From positions 334,490,001 through 334,554,000 of the forward strand of contig OZ024743.1 in assembly GCA_964016885.1 (NCBI GenBank): a DNA stretch of 64,000 bases. The letters run 5' to 3'. Source of the stretch: Eledone cirrhosa (taxonomy: Eukaryota). Of the stretch, positions 28,171 to 42,600 are shown piece by piece (within the stretch, counting starts at the first letter, position 1; every line of letters begins with the position of its first letter). A program made the translations under genes and the position numbers. The notes beneath the pieces were generated by a model. It searched no databases, was not told the origin of the DNA, and saw only the letters and a list, made by a program, of their open reading frames with translations.

Positions 28171-30551
28171 ATGTTGAGCAAACAGGAACTCAGAATATCA
28201 CTTAAGTCCATACCTATTCCGGACAGAAAGACATACCTCAAACTATTAATACAGAGTGTCAACTCTTTCATCCGAAGAATAAGATGGAAAGCGTACCACT
28301 TTGACCATGCAGTTTCTGCTGACACCGGAAGTACAGCAAATAGATATGGATTTTCCACATGCAAGAATCCCCCACACAACATCCTGCTGGACCCTTTTGA
28401 GAAAGATCTATTCAACTTCGTCAGGAGCATTAAGTTAAAAAAGCATTATAGACACAGGAATAACTTCCTCACTACATTAGCAACAACTATAAAAAAATTT
28501 AAGGATAGCAACCTCTTACATGTTATGTCTGACAAAACCAAAAATCTATACACCATGACTCCTGAAATTTACAACTCTTTCCTTCTTAAAGAACTCAACA
28601 AAAACTATAAAAAAACTACACCCTCCAGTGTAAACGTACTTAACCGAAAAGCCCAGGCTTGGTTAAGGACTTGCATTTGGATAGATTTACCCACCCTTAT
28701 GTACCATCAACCCCAAGGTTCTCTCTCAAGGACCACAAGCCAAACTTTATAGAGAACCCATCCATTAGACTCATAAGCCTAACCACATCTGACCTGGGCC
28801 GCATCAGTAAGAACATCCTTGATAGGATAATCCCTGGGCTACGGGATGATACCACCTACAAGTTGTGGTCCAACACCGGCCAAGTCATTAGATGGTTCTC
28901 CGATCTAAGGTCCAATCAATCTGTGAGGTTCATCCAATTTGATATAGACAGCTATTACGCGTCAATAACCCCGGAACTGCTCAACAAAGCACTAGACCTA
29001 GCAACCACCAACTCGGACATAACCAATAATGAGATTAACATCATACTTATGGCTAGGCAGACTATCATTGAATTCAACGGAGCACTCTGGACTAGAAAAG
29101 ATAGAACAGATAACTTTGACATTACGATGGGCTCAAGTGACTCCGCGCAAGTCACCGATTTAGTTGGGATTTACCTATTACGTAACATCAGAGCCGAAAT
29201 CCAACCCATGCATGGTGGAATATACAGGGACGACGCCCTATTTGCAGTCCACAATTGCACTAATCGGGGAATCGATTTGCTTAAGAAACAATTTCATAGA
29301 TTCTTCAAAAATAACGGTCTCTCTATCACCATCGAGCTGAACCATAAAGTAGTAAACTTCCTAGACGTCACCTTTGATCTCAACAATAACCTTTATAACC
29401 CTTACCATAAACCAGGCGAAATACTCACATATATTAGCCCACACTCTAACCACCCACCGGCAGTCATCAGAGCAGTAATCAAATCTATCTCCTATAGGAT
29501 CTCAATGCTCTCAGCAAATGAAGAGATATTTATAAACCACGCACACTATTATAATAAGGCTCTCTTTGAATCTGGTTATAAACAATCAATTTATTACATA
29601 ACAAAATACCATAACACAGCAACTCACCATAATAAACTTAACACTAGAACTAGAAATACCTTAGCATATAGCCAGATTCGCCGGAATTTTAGCAGTAACA
29701 GCACCTATACAGGGAACTTTAATGGTGGCAGCGGCCTGCTCCCCACTCCTAGTAGCAAACTAAGAATCAACCCTAGAATAGGAATGAGAAATGGGATGAC
29801 AAATAACAAACCCCCAAGTAATAATAACCCTAGGAAGGCCCCTACCAACTCCACTAGAACCCCTAGAAGGAATAGGCCTAGAAATATCACCTGGCTTAAC
29901 CCACCATTCCCATCTAATCTAGCCACTAATATCCCCAAAAGCTTCTTCTCTATCCTATCCAAACACTTCCCCCTAACCATAGATATTACAAACTCTTTAA
30001 TAAAAACAACATTAAAATCTCAATAATTACTCTAGTAGCACACCTCCCCCATCTAATCCTTCTAGCACGGACCAACTGCTTAGGTTAAATAACCCTACTC
30101 TCACTAACCGCAGAAGCAACTGCAACTGCGGTACCCCAATGCATGCCCATTAAATGGACACTGCCTGACACCCAACATAGTCTATAGGTGCACAGTTGTG
30201 ACTGCTTCGAATACCAGCTCTTATATCGGGTCTACCTCTAACCCTTTTAAGGTATGCTATAACGCGCACTCTTTTTCCTTCCGAGACCCTAGCAACAGAT
30301 GTTCGACATCGCTAGCTAGGCTCATTAAAAACCTTAAATTAAACAAAGTTCAACACTCACTAAAATGGGATATCGTAGCTAGGGCTCAACCGTTCAATGG
30401 ACGAAGGAAATCTTGTAATCTCTGTGTTACGGAAGCATATTACATAACTCTATCAAGACCTCTACCAATTAACGATAGAACGGAGGTAACCATTAGCTGT
30501 CAACATCGAAGGGCTAATTCCTTCGCCAATAGAGTTTTTGACCCAACTTAG
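28171..30551 (+). pseudogene. PLE RT-GIY-YIG polyprotein with at least three frameshifts or deletions
   Basis: SLKSIPIPD, RRIRWKAY, SDKT, FIQFDIDSYYASI, FDITMGSSDSAQ, GGIYRDD, NFLDVTFDL, CNC, CPLNGHC, IVYRC, YIGST, CNLC, CQH. Confidence 0.9.
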
Positions 30552-30915
30552 TCATGTAGCCCCATCTCTAATTGTAGCTAATAAGTTAAATTGCTATGAA
30601 CAACTCGATAATTATAAGTTACCCCCTACATTGTCTCTCAAATAAATAATTTAAATACTAGCACATAACTATAAAATACACACAATCTCTAATCTCATAG
30701 AAGTTACTTCCCCTGAAACCAGCCTCTAATTAGTAAGGTAAATATGCCCTTTGGCAGCCATCTTGTTACCCATAGACAGATCTCACACAATGCAGCCGCG
30801 ACAGATGAGTACTGCTTGATTATGGCTGACAGCTGATGAAACAAAGGCACCATAGTAAAAACTAATATATGGAACATTATATTATGTAACATTATTTTAA
30901 TTTATATTCCTTTGA

Positions 30916-31036
30916 GTTCCGATGAGCCACTCTGTTTTTTTAAATATGTTAATTATTTTCAACTGAACCAGATCAATTATGATACATAGTCATCTGATCC
31001 AGAAATATTATACGGAGTAGCGAAACAATTGCAAAC
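30916..31036 (+). ncRNA. HHR-like motif with long stem II, probably inactive
   Basis: GTT-CCGATGA-GCCACTCTG...CGGAGTAGC-GAAA-CAATTG-CA-AAC. Confidence 0.55.
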
Positions 31037-31163
31037 GGGCATTATTATTATTAATATTATTATTATTATTATTCTCTACATTCCTTACATCAAACTAAAT
31101 ATGTTGACAATCTTTTAATAATGTCTTCCTTGTGAAATTTGTGGTCTTGTTTTGCTTAACTAA

Positions 31164-31250
<87 letters not shown>

Positions 31251-31261
31251 ATATATATATA

Positions 31262-32185
31262 TAGTTATACTTGGGGAGGGTCATATTTGTGTAATATTGC
31301 CAGAATTAATAACAGAACACACTCACTGTTTGGTTGGTTTTCGCTTCTCGCTTCTGTGTCTTTTATATCGGTAATCTAACTTACTCGGTCCTCAATGTTG
31401 CCATTGACTGACGGACAGTCAAAAATAATACAGATACAATATAGACACAAACACATATATATAGTTTATCATAAATATTTCGTTGCACATCTGCAACATC
31501 GTTAGTGGTGCTATATTTTCCTCCTGTTGTATTGTATGTCTACGCTATTTTGATTCAGTCTGTCTATATATTTATTTATTTATTTGCTTGTTTGTTTATT
31601 TTATTTTGTCTTCTTTGCGCATGCGTTTGCGTGTGTGTATAGTGTTTTGTTTGCTGTGTGATGGGTGACTAGTGTGTGTTTATGTGCTTGTTGTTATTGT
31701 GCTTGCGTATATATTTATTTATTTATTTATTTATTTTATTTTATTTACTTATTTATACTTCTCTTAGGTCAGTGTTGTTTGTTTGGGTGTTGTTGTTATT
31801 CCATTCATTCTTTCTGTTTAGTCTTGGTCTTCTAATTTCTATTTCACTGGCCTCTCTGATTTGCCTATCTGCTGGGTCATTTCTATGTTTAGATATTATT
31901 CTAATTTCTATGTTGTCTATGTTACCGTCATGTTGTTGTCTAGCATGTTCGTATAGTACTGACCCGTTTTTTCGTCCTTTTAGCCCCCCCCCCAGTGTTG
32001 GTCTATCCTTTCACCTATGCTACGAGCTGTCTCGCCTATGTATGTTGTTGTCATGTTTCTGCAAGTACCCTCTGTACATCTTATGCTATAGACTACGTTT
32101 CTAGTTTTACAGTTTATCCGGGGGTTCACCTTACATATGATACATTTCCTATTGGTACAGTGGGTTTTCTTAAAAGGGTAGGTTT

Positions 32186-32188
<3 letters not shown>
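31262..32188 (-). mobile_element. 5'-truncated Neptune-like PLE copy
   Basis: KTYPFKKTHCTNRKCIIC...CKTRNVVYSIRC...YIGETARS. UTR with decayed HHR at 31468-31510. (TA)n flanks. Confidence 0.85.
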
Positions 32189-32230
<42 letters not shown>

Positions 32231-32231
32231 T

Positions 32232-34437
32232 ATTGTTATACTTGGGGAGGGTCATATTTGTGTAATATTGCCAGAATTAATAACAGAACACACTCACTGT
32301 TTGGTTGGTTTCGCTTTTCGCTTCTGTGTCTTTTATATCGGTAATCTAATTTATTCGGTCCTCAATGTTGCCATTGACTGAGCAACAGTCAAAAATAATA
32401 CAGATACAATATAGACACAAACACATATATATAGTTTATCAAAGTTCTTTCGTTGCACATTTGCAACAGCGTCAGTGGTGCTATTGTTTCCTCCCGTTGT
32501 ATTGTATTTTCTACGCCATCTTTATTTAGTCTGTTTATATATTTATTTATTTGTTTATTTTATTTTGTCTTCTTTGCGCATGCGTTTGCGTGTGTGTATA
32601 GTGTTTTGTTTGATGTGTGTTCGTGATTGGGTCACTGTGTATTGGTTAATGTATTCTATCTTTACTAGTGTGTGTTTATATGTGTTTGTTTTTATTGTGC
32701 TTGTGTATGTATTTATTTATTTATTTATATAGTTATTTATTTATACTTCTCTTAGGTCAGTGTTGTTTGTTTGGGTGTTGTTGTTATTCCATTCATTCTT
32801 TCTGTTTAGTCTTGACCTTCTAAGTTCTATTTCACTGGCCTCTCTGATTTGCCTCTCTGCTGGGTCATTTCTATGTTTAGATATTATTCTAATTTCTATG
32901 TTGTCTATGTTACCGTCGTGTTGTTGTCTGGCATGTTCGTATAGTACTGAACCATTTTTTCATCCTTTTAGTTCCCCCCAGTGTTGGTCTATCCTTTCAC
33001 GTATGCTACGAGCTGTCTCGCCTATGTATGTTGTTGTCATGTTTCTGCAAGTACCCTCTGTACATCTTATGCTATAGACTACGTTTCTAGTTTTACAGTT
33101 TATTCGAAGGTTTACCTTACATATGATACATTTCCTGTTAGTATAGTGGGTTTTCTTAAAAGGGTAGGTTTTGCTGATCAGGGATTTTATGATGGTTCCT
33201 GGCTTTTCTACCACCTTAATTTTTAAGTGGGTCTTTCTCAGGGCCTTTCTACACTGGTTAGCTAATTTCTCTCCAGGGGTAGCGTCCACAAACATGACAC
33301 TCTGGTATCTCTGGTTGTCGTACCATGAGGTGTCTTTCCCTACCTTATGTCTAGCTCTATATAATCTATTCCAGGATTTGCTCCTGTATAATAGGCAAAT
33401 TCCTTTCATGTCCAGTTCTGTGAGGGTCTTATACTTCTCCGTGGATCCTTCGTATACTCTGACTCTGCCTCTTTGGTTGTAGCCAGAGAACTGCATGCGT
33501 TAGATGAAGCGTTGGATGTGTCTTTCCATTTCTGTTGGGTCGCACATGCGGGACACGTTCTTCATCACTCGTATCAAGTCTGCGATCAGAATATTAAACT
33601 TAGCACTACAGGACATTGCTGAGTTTTTGAGTAAAAGGTATTTGGAGGCCATGGGTTTAGCATAGTGTGAGTGGAGAATTTGGGCTCTCTCGTCTATAGT
33701 TTTAATCCAGAGTTCGTGTCTAATACAGGTAGTTTATTGTTAGGGTGTTTGGAAGGGTAGTCGATAGTTACAGTTATACTCTGGTGTATGGAATTAGCTA
33801 TCTGCTGGATGCTTTCCATCGTGCTACGTTCTAAATCAAACTTGTTAGTGCTCTCTTGTGGGGATGTTCTTATAACTATATTGATATCGTCTACGTAACG
33901 AGAGTACATGATGAGGTCTATGGAGCTCTCATTAAGGAGATCTTTAAGTCTCCTTTCCCACCATGTCATAAAAAGGTTGGCAACGTCACCAGCTATGCTG
34001 ACGCCAATGGCTGCTCCCTCATTTTGGGTGTAGATCTTCTCGTTGAACTTGAATATGTGGCCCTTTAGGGTAGTTTTGATACTAGCCCCTATTGCATGTG
34101 CGACCATTTTTCTTACCTAATCATTGTTTTGGGGGGTCCGTATAGCTTTAGTCTACCCAATCCACCTTCCCATGGGAGTCTTTTTAGCCATTGAGGTTAT
34201 GGTGGGGCGGGGGGGGGGGTCTACCACTTATGGGTCTATTGGGGCAGAAACGTCTAAGGTCATGGCTGTCTAGGTAGTCAGTGTCGTAGGTAAGTCTAAG
34301 TAGGAGGCCCAGTTCGTCTGTGTCGACGTCGCAGAACTCCACCTCACTCTCAATGATCATCTCCACATATTTTTCCACAGCAAAATCAATGTTAATGGAT
34401 GGGTACATTAACATTGTACCCATCCATTAACATTGAT
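32232..34437 (-). mobile_element. Neptune/Nematis-type PLE, 5'-truncated with a small 5' inversion (34385-34437)
   Basis: MYPSI, YTQNEGAAIGVSIAGDVANLFM, YSRYVDD, KLPVLD, DATPG, VVYSIRC, YIGETARS. Decayed HHR at 32438-32480. Confidence 0.88.
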
Positions 34438-34489
34438 ACATGACATACCCTGACATAATAGATGGTTAAGGTTCAGTCATAGTAGTGAT

Positions 34490-34541
<52 letters not shown>

Positions 34542-34671
34542 TACATATATATATTTATATAATATATTTATTTAAATAATCATTTGCATCATCATCATCA
34601 TCATCATCATCTTCGTTTAACGTCCATCTTCCACGCTAGCATATATATATTATTTTATATATATATAATTG

Positions 34672-34764
<93 letters not shown>

Positions 34765-34795
34765 TATATATATATATATATAAATATATATATAT

Positions 34796-34854
<59 letters not shown>

Positions 34855-34888
34855 ATATATATATAATTGTTATATATATATATATATA

Positions 34889-35375
<487 letters not shown>

Positions 35376-35711
35376 CAATTCCACTGGAACTATGCGATAC
35401 AACTATAAATGTCGCAGCATAGCAGATTGGGTAAGATGTTCGCCTGACAATCATTAAATCTCGGGTTCAATTTCAGTCTGTGACATCGTTGGCTAGTTCT
35501 GTTTACCATAGGCTCGGATCAACTCATGCCTTGTAAGTGAAGTTGTGTTGAATTCAATCAAAACCAGTCCAATCCAGGACATCTCACTCCTGTTGGAGGA
35601 ACCCGTCCTTCGTTGACCACTACCACTTTCTGTTTGGTTGTGGTCATGTCTTCAGGGGTATAGCCGTACTCGTAACGCGTGGCCAATTGCGTACTGTATA
35701 GATGGAAAAGC

Positions 35712-35865
35712 CAGCGAATTGGCAGAGTTTTTAAACGTCGGACAGACTGCTTTCTGGTATTCGTTCCGCCCCTCTCACCTTTCAGTTTAAATCCCGTCGA
35801 GGTTAATTTTGCCTTTCATCTTTTCGAGGTCGATAAACATGAACCAGTCTAGCACTGAGGTGGAT
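35712..35865 (+). mobile_element. tRNA-derived CORE-like SINE
   Basis: GCGAATTGGCAGA A-box region, AAATCCCGTCGAGG, GCCTTTCATC..GGTCGATAAA. Confidence 0.65.
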
Positions 35866-37047
35866 TCTTCCTGAATATATCTTTCTCATTTCCTCTCTCT
35901 ATCTTTCTATCCTTCTCTGGAAGAAATCTGCTGTACTCAGGCCTGGAGAAGGATGGGCTCTGCCAGGCTTAAAATGCCCAAGAAACGCCGTATGTCAATA
36001 CGGCGTCCCTACAACCCTACCAGGAGTTACGGGATCATGCATAGATGGAAAACATTTGGTGACGCGTCGGTTGGATTGTAGCAGTCACTCGAAGAGCTAG
36101 ATTCGTCACTCACGTTCAGTCATGCTGAAACTCTCTGGGAATCGTGTTAAGGTAAAAGTAATTGTGGAAATGATCAGGCACTTAAACGTCAATTTCATTT
36201 CGTGAACAGGTTTTTCCGTTGATCGAACATCTAGAACACGCATCGTGGAAGCCGATGGAGGCCCCATTCCACGACTGTAAACAACCTGAGATATATATAG
36301 ACCAAATGAATATGCATTCACATTATCATATCAATGAGTTGTTAACTTGTGCCATGAGCAATACTCACTATATATATATATATATATATAGCATGGTTCT
36401 TTGGCAGTAAATAAGTAAATAATTACACCGCTACCAGACAATTCGACTTCACATACGTCTACCTACAGATATAATGCCCGCACAATAAACACACATATAT
36501 ACATAAACACTTATACACACAAACATACACACATAGACACACACATAAATACACTCACATATACATAAATACAAATACACATATATATATATATATACAC
36601 ACATACACAGGACAATCGGCTTCATATATCTATAACCTATAAATATGATACGCGCACAACACACACACACACACATATATACATACATACACATAATACT
36701 TAACCACACACACAAATACATACATAAACATACACATTCATAGACACACACATACATGCATATTCTAATGGATAGCATTGCATTCAAAGATGAGAAATAT
36801 CTAGTCAATATGTACCCTAGGGTAACATATATACTATATATGTGCATATACATACACACATACAAACACAGACACACACACACATACACACATATGTGTA
36901 TATATATGTATATGTATGTGTGTGCGCGTGTATGCATTCATATATTAATTTCTCTATATAAATATATAGATATATCTCACTATACACAGTCACACCCTCA
37001 TACATGCGCAACCCCTATATATATATATATATATATATACATGCACA

Positions 37048-37125
<78 letters not shown>

Positions 37126-37216
37126 TTTATATATGTTATATATATTATATATATACACATACACTCTCTCTTTTTCTCTCTCTCTAAATATATATATATT
37201 TTTATATACACGTATG

Positions 37217-37250
<34 letters not shown>

Positions 37251-37427
37251 CACATGAATGTATATATAATTACTAAAACACATATGGACATGTAAATATA
37301 TAACATGGAAATAGAATGTTACTGCTTTTCACAATGGGAGAATATGATATTTTTTTCTCAAATTCTAGCGATACGAATTGTGTTAGAAGCGCTGATTACG
37401 TCTCTAAATATATCTAAATAGATCACG

Positions 37428-37432
37428 GTGTC

Positions 37433-37464
<32 letters not shown>

Positions 37465-37606
37465 TTTGTATGTGTGTGTGTATGTATGTGCCTGTGGATA
37501 TGTGTGTGTATGTGTGTGTATGTGTGTGTATGTGTATGTGTGTATATGTGCGTGTATGTGTGTCTATGTGTGTGTGTGTGTGTGTGAGTATATGTGTGTG
37601 TGTGTA

Positions 37607-37643
<37 letters not shown>

Positions 37644-37965
37644 GTGTGTGTATGTGTATGTGTTTGTATGTGTATGTGTGTGTATGTGTGAGTATATGTG
37701 TGTTTGTGTGTGTGTGTTTGTACGTGTATGTGTGTGTGTGTGTTTGTATGTGTGTGTGTGTGAGAGAATATTTGTGTTTGTATGTGTGTGTATCTGTGTG
37801 TGAGTATATGTGTGTTTGTATGTGTGAGAATATTTGTGTTTGTATGTGTGAATATGTGCGTGTGAGTATATGAGTGTTTGTATGTGTGAGTATGTGTGTG
37901 TGCGTATATGTGTGTTTGTATGTGTGAGTATGTGTGTGTTTGAATGTGTGTGTGTAAATGTGTGA
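37428..37965. repeat. Degenerate (TG)n tract
   Basis: Direct inspection. Confidence 0.9.
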
Positions 37966-38213
37966 GATTGTGAGATGGTTGGTCATTTTAAGCTGTTATA
38001 TAGGCATATGTATCCAGTTGTTGATGTATATATGATGTATTACGTATATGTACAATTCACACAGACAGACACACACATATATACACACACACACACACAT
38101 AATTATATATACATACATACAACACATATATTATACACACACACACGCATATATATATATATATATATATATACATACAACACATATATTATACACACAC
38201 ACACATATATTAT

Positions 38214-38245
<32 letters not shown>

Positions 38246-38249
<4 letters not shown>

Positions 38250-39292
38250 GTGTAAATATGAGAATAAACGTGGTTGCTAATGGGTTACATATGAATAAAG
38301 TGAGTCCTTCATCAGTGATCTTCCAACCATCATTGGTATTTCATCGCTTTAAAGACCATATACCTCCGGTTGGTGCGAGCAACGGCTAAAAAAAGTCGTT
38401 GGGACACGTAAATAAAGGGGACACGATAGTGTAAACAAACAAAGAGGGTGAAGCAACGAAAAGTGAGGAAGAACGAGTCAAGTCCGAAATTTCCATGAAT
38501 ATAAGTTCGGTGAAATCGTGAACGAGAGAGAATAAAGACCATCAAACCTGGTTGGAATGTGAGAAAGGAAGGAATTTCGTACAGGTCTAACGGGAGGAAA
38601 AAGGAATCTAGTCTGTGAATTCGGTGAACATAAGTTCTGTGAAATCGTAGACGAGAGAGAGAAAAAAAGCGAACCTGCCTGACTAAGGGTGCGAAAGAAA
38701 AGAATTACGCACAGGTCAAACGGGAAGAAGGAGGAGGAGGAGAGGTAGTAACAGAGAGTGAGTGAGTGAAGGGTGAGGAAGAGGCTAACAGAGAGAGTGA
38801 CTGTTAGAGAGGGTAAAGATACAGAGAAAGAGGAAGCAGTAAGAACGAAATAGACGGGTCACAGCGGGGGGACAAATATGTGTAAATATGAGAATAAACG
38901 TGCTGCGTGGTCGCTTTTTTTCTCTCTCTCGTCTACGATTTCACAGAACTTACGTTCACCGAATTCACAGACTAGATCTCTTCTTCCTCCCGTTAGACCT
39001 GTACGGAATTCCTTCCTTGCTCACATTCCAACCAGGTTTGGTGGTCTTTATTCTGTCTCGTTCACGATTTCATCGAACTTATATTCATTGAAATTTGTGA
39101 TTTGACTCCTTCTTCCTCACTTTTCGTTGCTTCACCATCTTTGTTTGTTTACACTCTCGTGTCCCCTTTATTTACGTGTCCCAACGACTTTTTTTTAGCC
39201 GTTGCTCGCACCAACCGGAGGTATATGGTCTTTAAAGCGATGAAATACCAATGATGGTTGGAAGATCACTGATGAAAGACTAACTTTATTCA
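38246..39292 (-). mobile_element. Non-coding element: 630-bp unit in partial tandem plus inverted arm
   Basis: 38246-38272 is repeated at 38876-38902. Arms 38290-38672 and 38911-39292. Diverged relative at 61798-62270. Confidence 0.7.
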
Positions 39293-39311
39293 TATATATA
39301 TATATACATAC

Positions 39312-39342
<31 letters not shown>

Positions 39343-39400
39343 ACTAATATATATAAATAATATATATATATATAATATATATATATAATATATATATATA

Positions 39401-41360
39401 TTTATTAAAATAACAGAAGTTTAAGCAAAGAATCGCTGCTTTCACCCTTAACGGGATCTTCTGAAACTAACATAGTCAATCTGTAAACGCAGAAGTGGAT
39501 ATTTCAAAAAACGTTGCAACCGGAGGAAGACAGGAAGACGATACTTTGGTTCGTGGATACGTTCGCTGGCAAAGAACGGGAAAAAACGAATATAATACGT
39601 CATTAATAGGAGCAGTGAAAAACAATTACGCGCAAAGACAGAACCACGTTTATGGTATAAAAGAGGTCGTAGACTAATGTTCTCTTAGGTGGTTCATAGA
39701 GACGTTCTCTGGCAATGAACGAAAAAAACGAAGATAATACGTCAAATGTGGAACGTGGAGAACAATAGCACGCAAAGACAAAACCACGTAAATGGTATAG
39801 CAGAAGTCGTAGACAAAAATTCTAACTAGGAGACCGAATGAATCTCCGCTACAGAGTTAAGAACAAAGTAAATAAATACAATACAGAAGTAATAGAAATA
39901 AATAAATACATACACGCAAACAAATACGTACATACACAAGCCTACGCAAAACACTTACCATAGGTATACAAAACCACGCACATATAAATATGTGTGTGTG
40001 TGTATGCGTGTATACAAATAAATAATTATATAAACGTATATAAATAAATAAATACGTATATAACAAGCGCACACACATATCTACATGTAAATACACGATT
40101 GTTCGGAGACGTAAGTCAACCAAAACATGAAGTACACATATACACACACCCTACATACGTACGAACCAGTATACTCACACAGACGCAAAACTCCCGTATA
40201 CACAAAGCCAAACCATATGTACCAGAATATATAAAATTATACGCCATAACATAAACAATCAAATATACGGACGGAAGGTATAGGTACCTTCACAAAACAT
40301 ACGGGTCATATATACTTACCTATGCAAATAAGTAATGGTATAAACAAAAGATATACTTAGCTCCCACATCAAGACGTAAAATATCCACGTATAGATCGTA
40401 CTATCCGTTAGGGTATAACGTGGGGCTGTAATACAGGAACGTCTTGTGCAATTTATGTTTGGCTTTGTGTATACGGGAGTTTTGCGTCTGTGTGAGTATG
40501 TTGGTTCGTACGTATGTAGGGTGTGTGTATATGTGTACTTCATGTTTTGGTTGACTTACGTCTCCGAACATTCGTGTATTTACATGTAGGTATGTGCGTG
40601 CGCTTGTTATATACGTATTTATTTATTTATATACGTTTATATAATTATTTATTTGTATACACGCATACACACACACACATATTTATATGTGTGTGGTTTT
40701 GTATACCTATGGTAAGTGTTTTGTGTAGGCTTGTGTATATACGTATTTGTTTGCGTGTATGTATTTATTTATTTCTATTACTTCCGTATTGTATTTATTT
40801 ACTTTGTTCTTAACTATGTAGCGGAGATTCATTCGGTCTCCTAGTTAGAATTTTTGTCTACGACTTCAGCTATTCCATTTACGTGGTTTTGTCTTTGCGT
40901 GCTATTGTTCTCCACGCTCCACATATGACGTATTATCTTCGTTTTTTTCGTTCATTGCCAGAGAACGTCTCTATGCACCACCGAAGAGAACATTAGTCTA
41001 CGACCTCTTTTATACCATAAACGTGGTTCTGTCTTTGCGCGTAATTGTTTTTCACCGCTCCTATTAATGACGTATTATATTCGTTTTTTCCCGTTCTTAG
41101 CCAGCGAACCAAAGTATCGTCTTCCTGTCTTCCTCCGGTTGCAACGTTTTTTAAAATATCCACTTCTGCGTTTACAGATTGACTTTGTTAGTTTCAGAAG
41201 ATCCCGTTAAGGGTGAAAGCAGCGATTCTTTGCTTAAACTTTAATCTGTTATTTTAATAAATATTTGCTCTACGGTTCTTATATATTTGATATATATTTA
41301 TGCTTATCGAGCCCTCTTGGGATTTTAGTCTTCAAATTTATTATTATTACTATTATTATT
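39401..41360 (+). mobile_element. Large fold-back non-coding HHR element (same family as 34889)
   Basis: Arms about 39401-40213 and 40457-41261. HHRs at 39418-39468(-) and 41190-41240(+). (ATT)n end, then (TA)n. Confidence 0.8.
41190..41240 (+). ncRNA. Hammerhead ribozyme, A4 variant
   Basis: AGTTT-CAGAAGA-TCCC GTTAA GGGT-GAAA-GCAG..TTGC-TT^AAACT. Confidence 0.65.
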
Positions 41361-41522
41361 AATATATATATATATATATAATATATATATATATAATATA
41401 TATATATATAATATATATATATATGTATATAATATATATATATAATATATATAATATATATATATAATATATATATATATATAATATATATAATATATAT
41501 ATATATATATAATATATATATA

Positions 41523-41553
<31 letters not shown>

Positions 41554-41621
41554 CAAACATATATATAATATGTATGTATATATATATATATTTATTTTGT
41601 TATATATATATACATGCAAAC

Positions 41622-41693
<72 letters not shown>

Positions 41694-42008
41694 TGTGTGT
41701 GTGTAAGGAAAGACAAATATGTGTATGTAGCAAGTCATACGTTTCTAGGTACTGTCAATTATATAGAATCAAACGATATATCGATAAGAATAAAATATCT
41801 TTTGGCGTCTCTAATATACAAAATACTCTCTAATATACAAAATACATATTTTTAGCATGTTGAGATAAAGACATATTTTGAATAATTTAGTCCTGCTGGT
41901 AACACAATATTTTTTACTAGTAGACGTACAGTGGAGATTCAGTTCCTTTTCTAAATTCTATACAGGCATTCGTACCATACGGCTAAGGATACGTGTATAC
42001 ATACAAGG

Positions 42009-42066
<58 letters not shown>

Positions 42067-42083
42067 ACACACACACACACACA

Positions 42084-42149
<66 letters not shown>

Positions 42150-42179
42150 CATATATATATATAGCTTTCGTCTGTCCCC

Positions 42180-42229
<50 letters not shown>

Positions 42230-42488
42230 CATACATATATATATATATAGCTTTCGTCTGTCCCCTCTCTATCTCTCCCTCTATATCCATTCCACTCTCT
42301 CTCGCCTTTGGCCTACCTCCCTACCATAACATTCTGATTAAGATATCTACAAACCACTCTCCTATTTCTCCAACCACTGCATATCTCTCACTCTCTCTTC
42401 CTCTCCCCTACTTTTCTCTCTTCCTTTTCTACTCTATCTTCTCCAATAACCTCACTTAAGGGTATTTACATTGTACATTTTACCATTC

Positions 42489-42600
42489 TGCTCTGATGAT
42501 ACAGTGGTCACAGCATTTGATAATTGAGTTTTGCAAATAGTTGTAAATTTGCACATAGCATAACTAGGCTGTACAACCACCGTGGAAACATTTGTAAGCA
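42489..42600 (+). ncRNA. Hammerhead ribozyme with extended stem II, inside a TA-flanked insert (about 42250-42795)
   Basis: TGCT-CTGATGA-TACAGTGGT...ACCACCGTG-GAAA-CATTTG-TA^AGCA. Confidence 0.65.

Larger units (their letters stand above)
28114..31167 (+). mobile_element. Second Naiad-type PLE family, decayed, inserted in (TA)n
   Basis: ORF pieces cover the N-terminus, RT and GIY-YIG. 3' UTR has an HHR-like motif. Confidence 0.9.

Noticed and set aside
32960-32962. In-frame TGA in the Neptune-like GIY-YIG domain as possible selenocysteine (some Naiad PLEs are reported selenoproteins)
   Set aside because: The sister copy has CGA (Arg) at 31972-31974, so this is CpG decay at a non-Cys position. 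The Cys motifs of both Naiad-type ORFs use normal Cys codons, and I saw no convincing SECIS.
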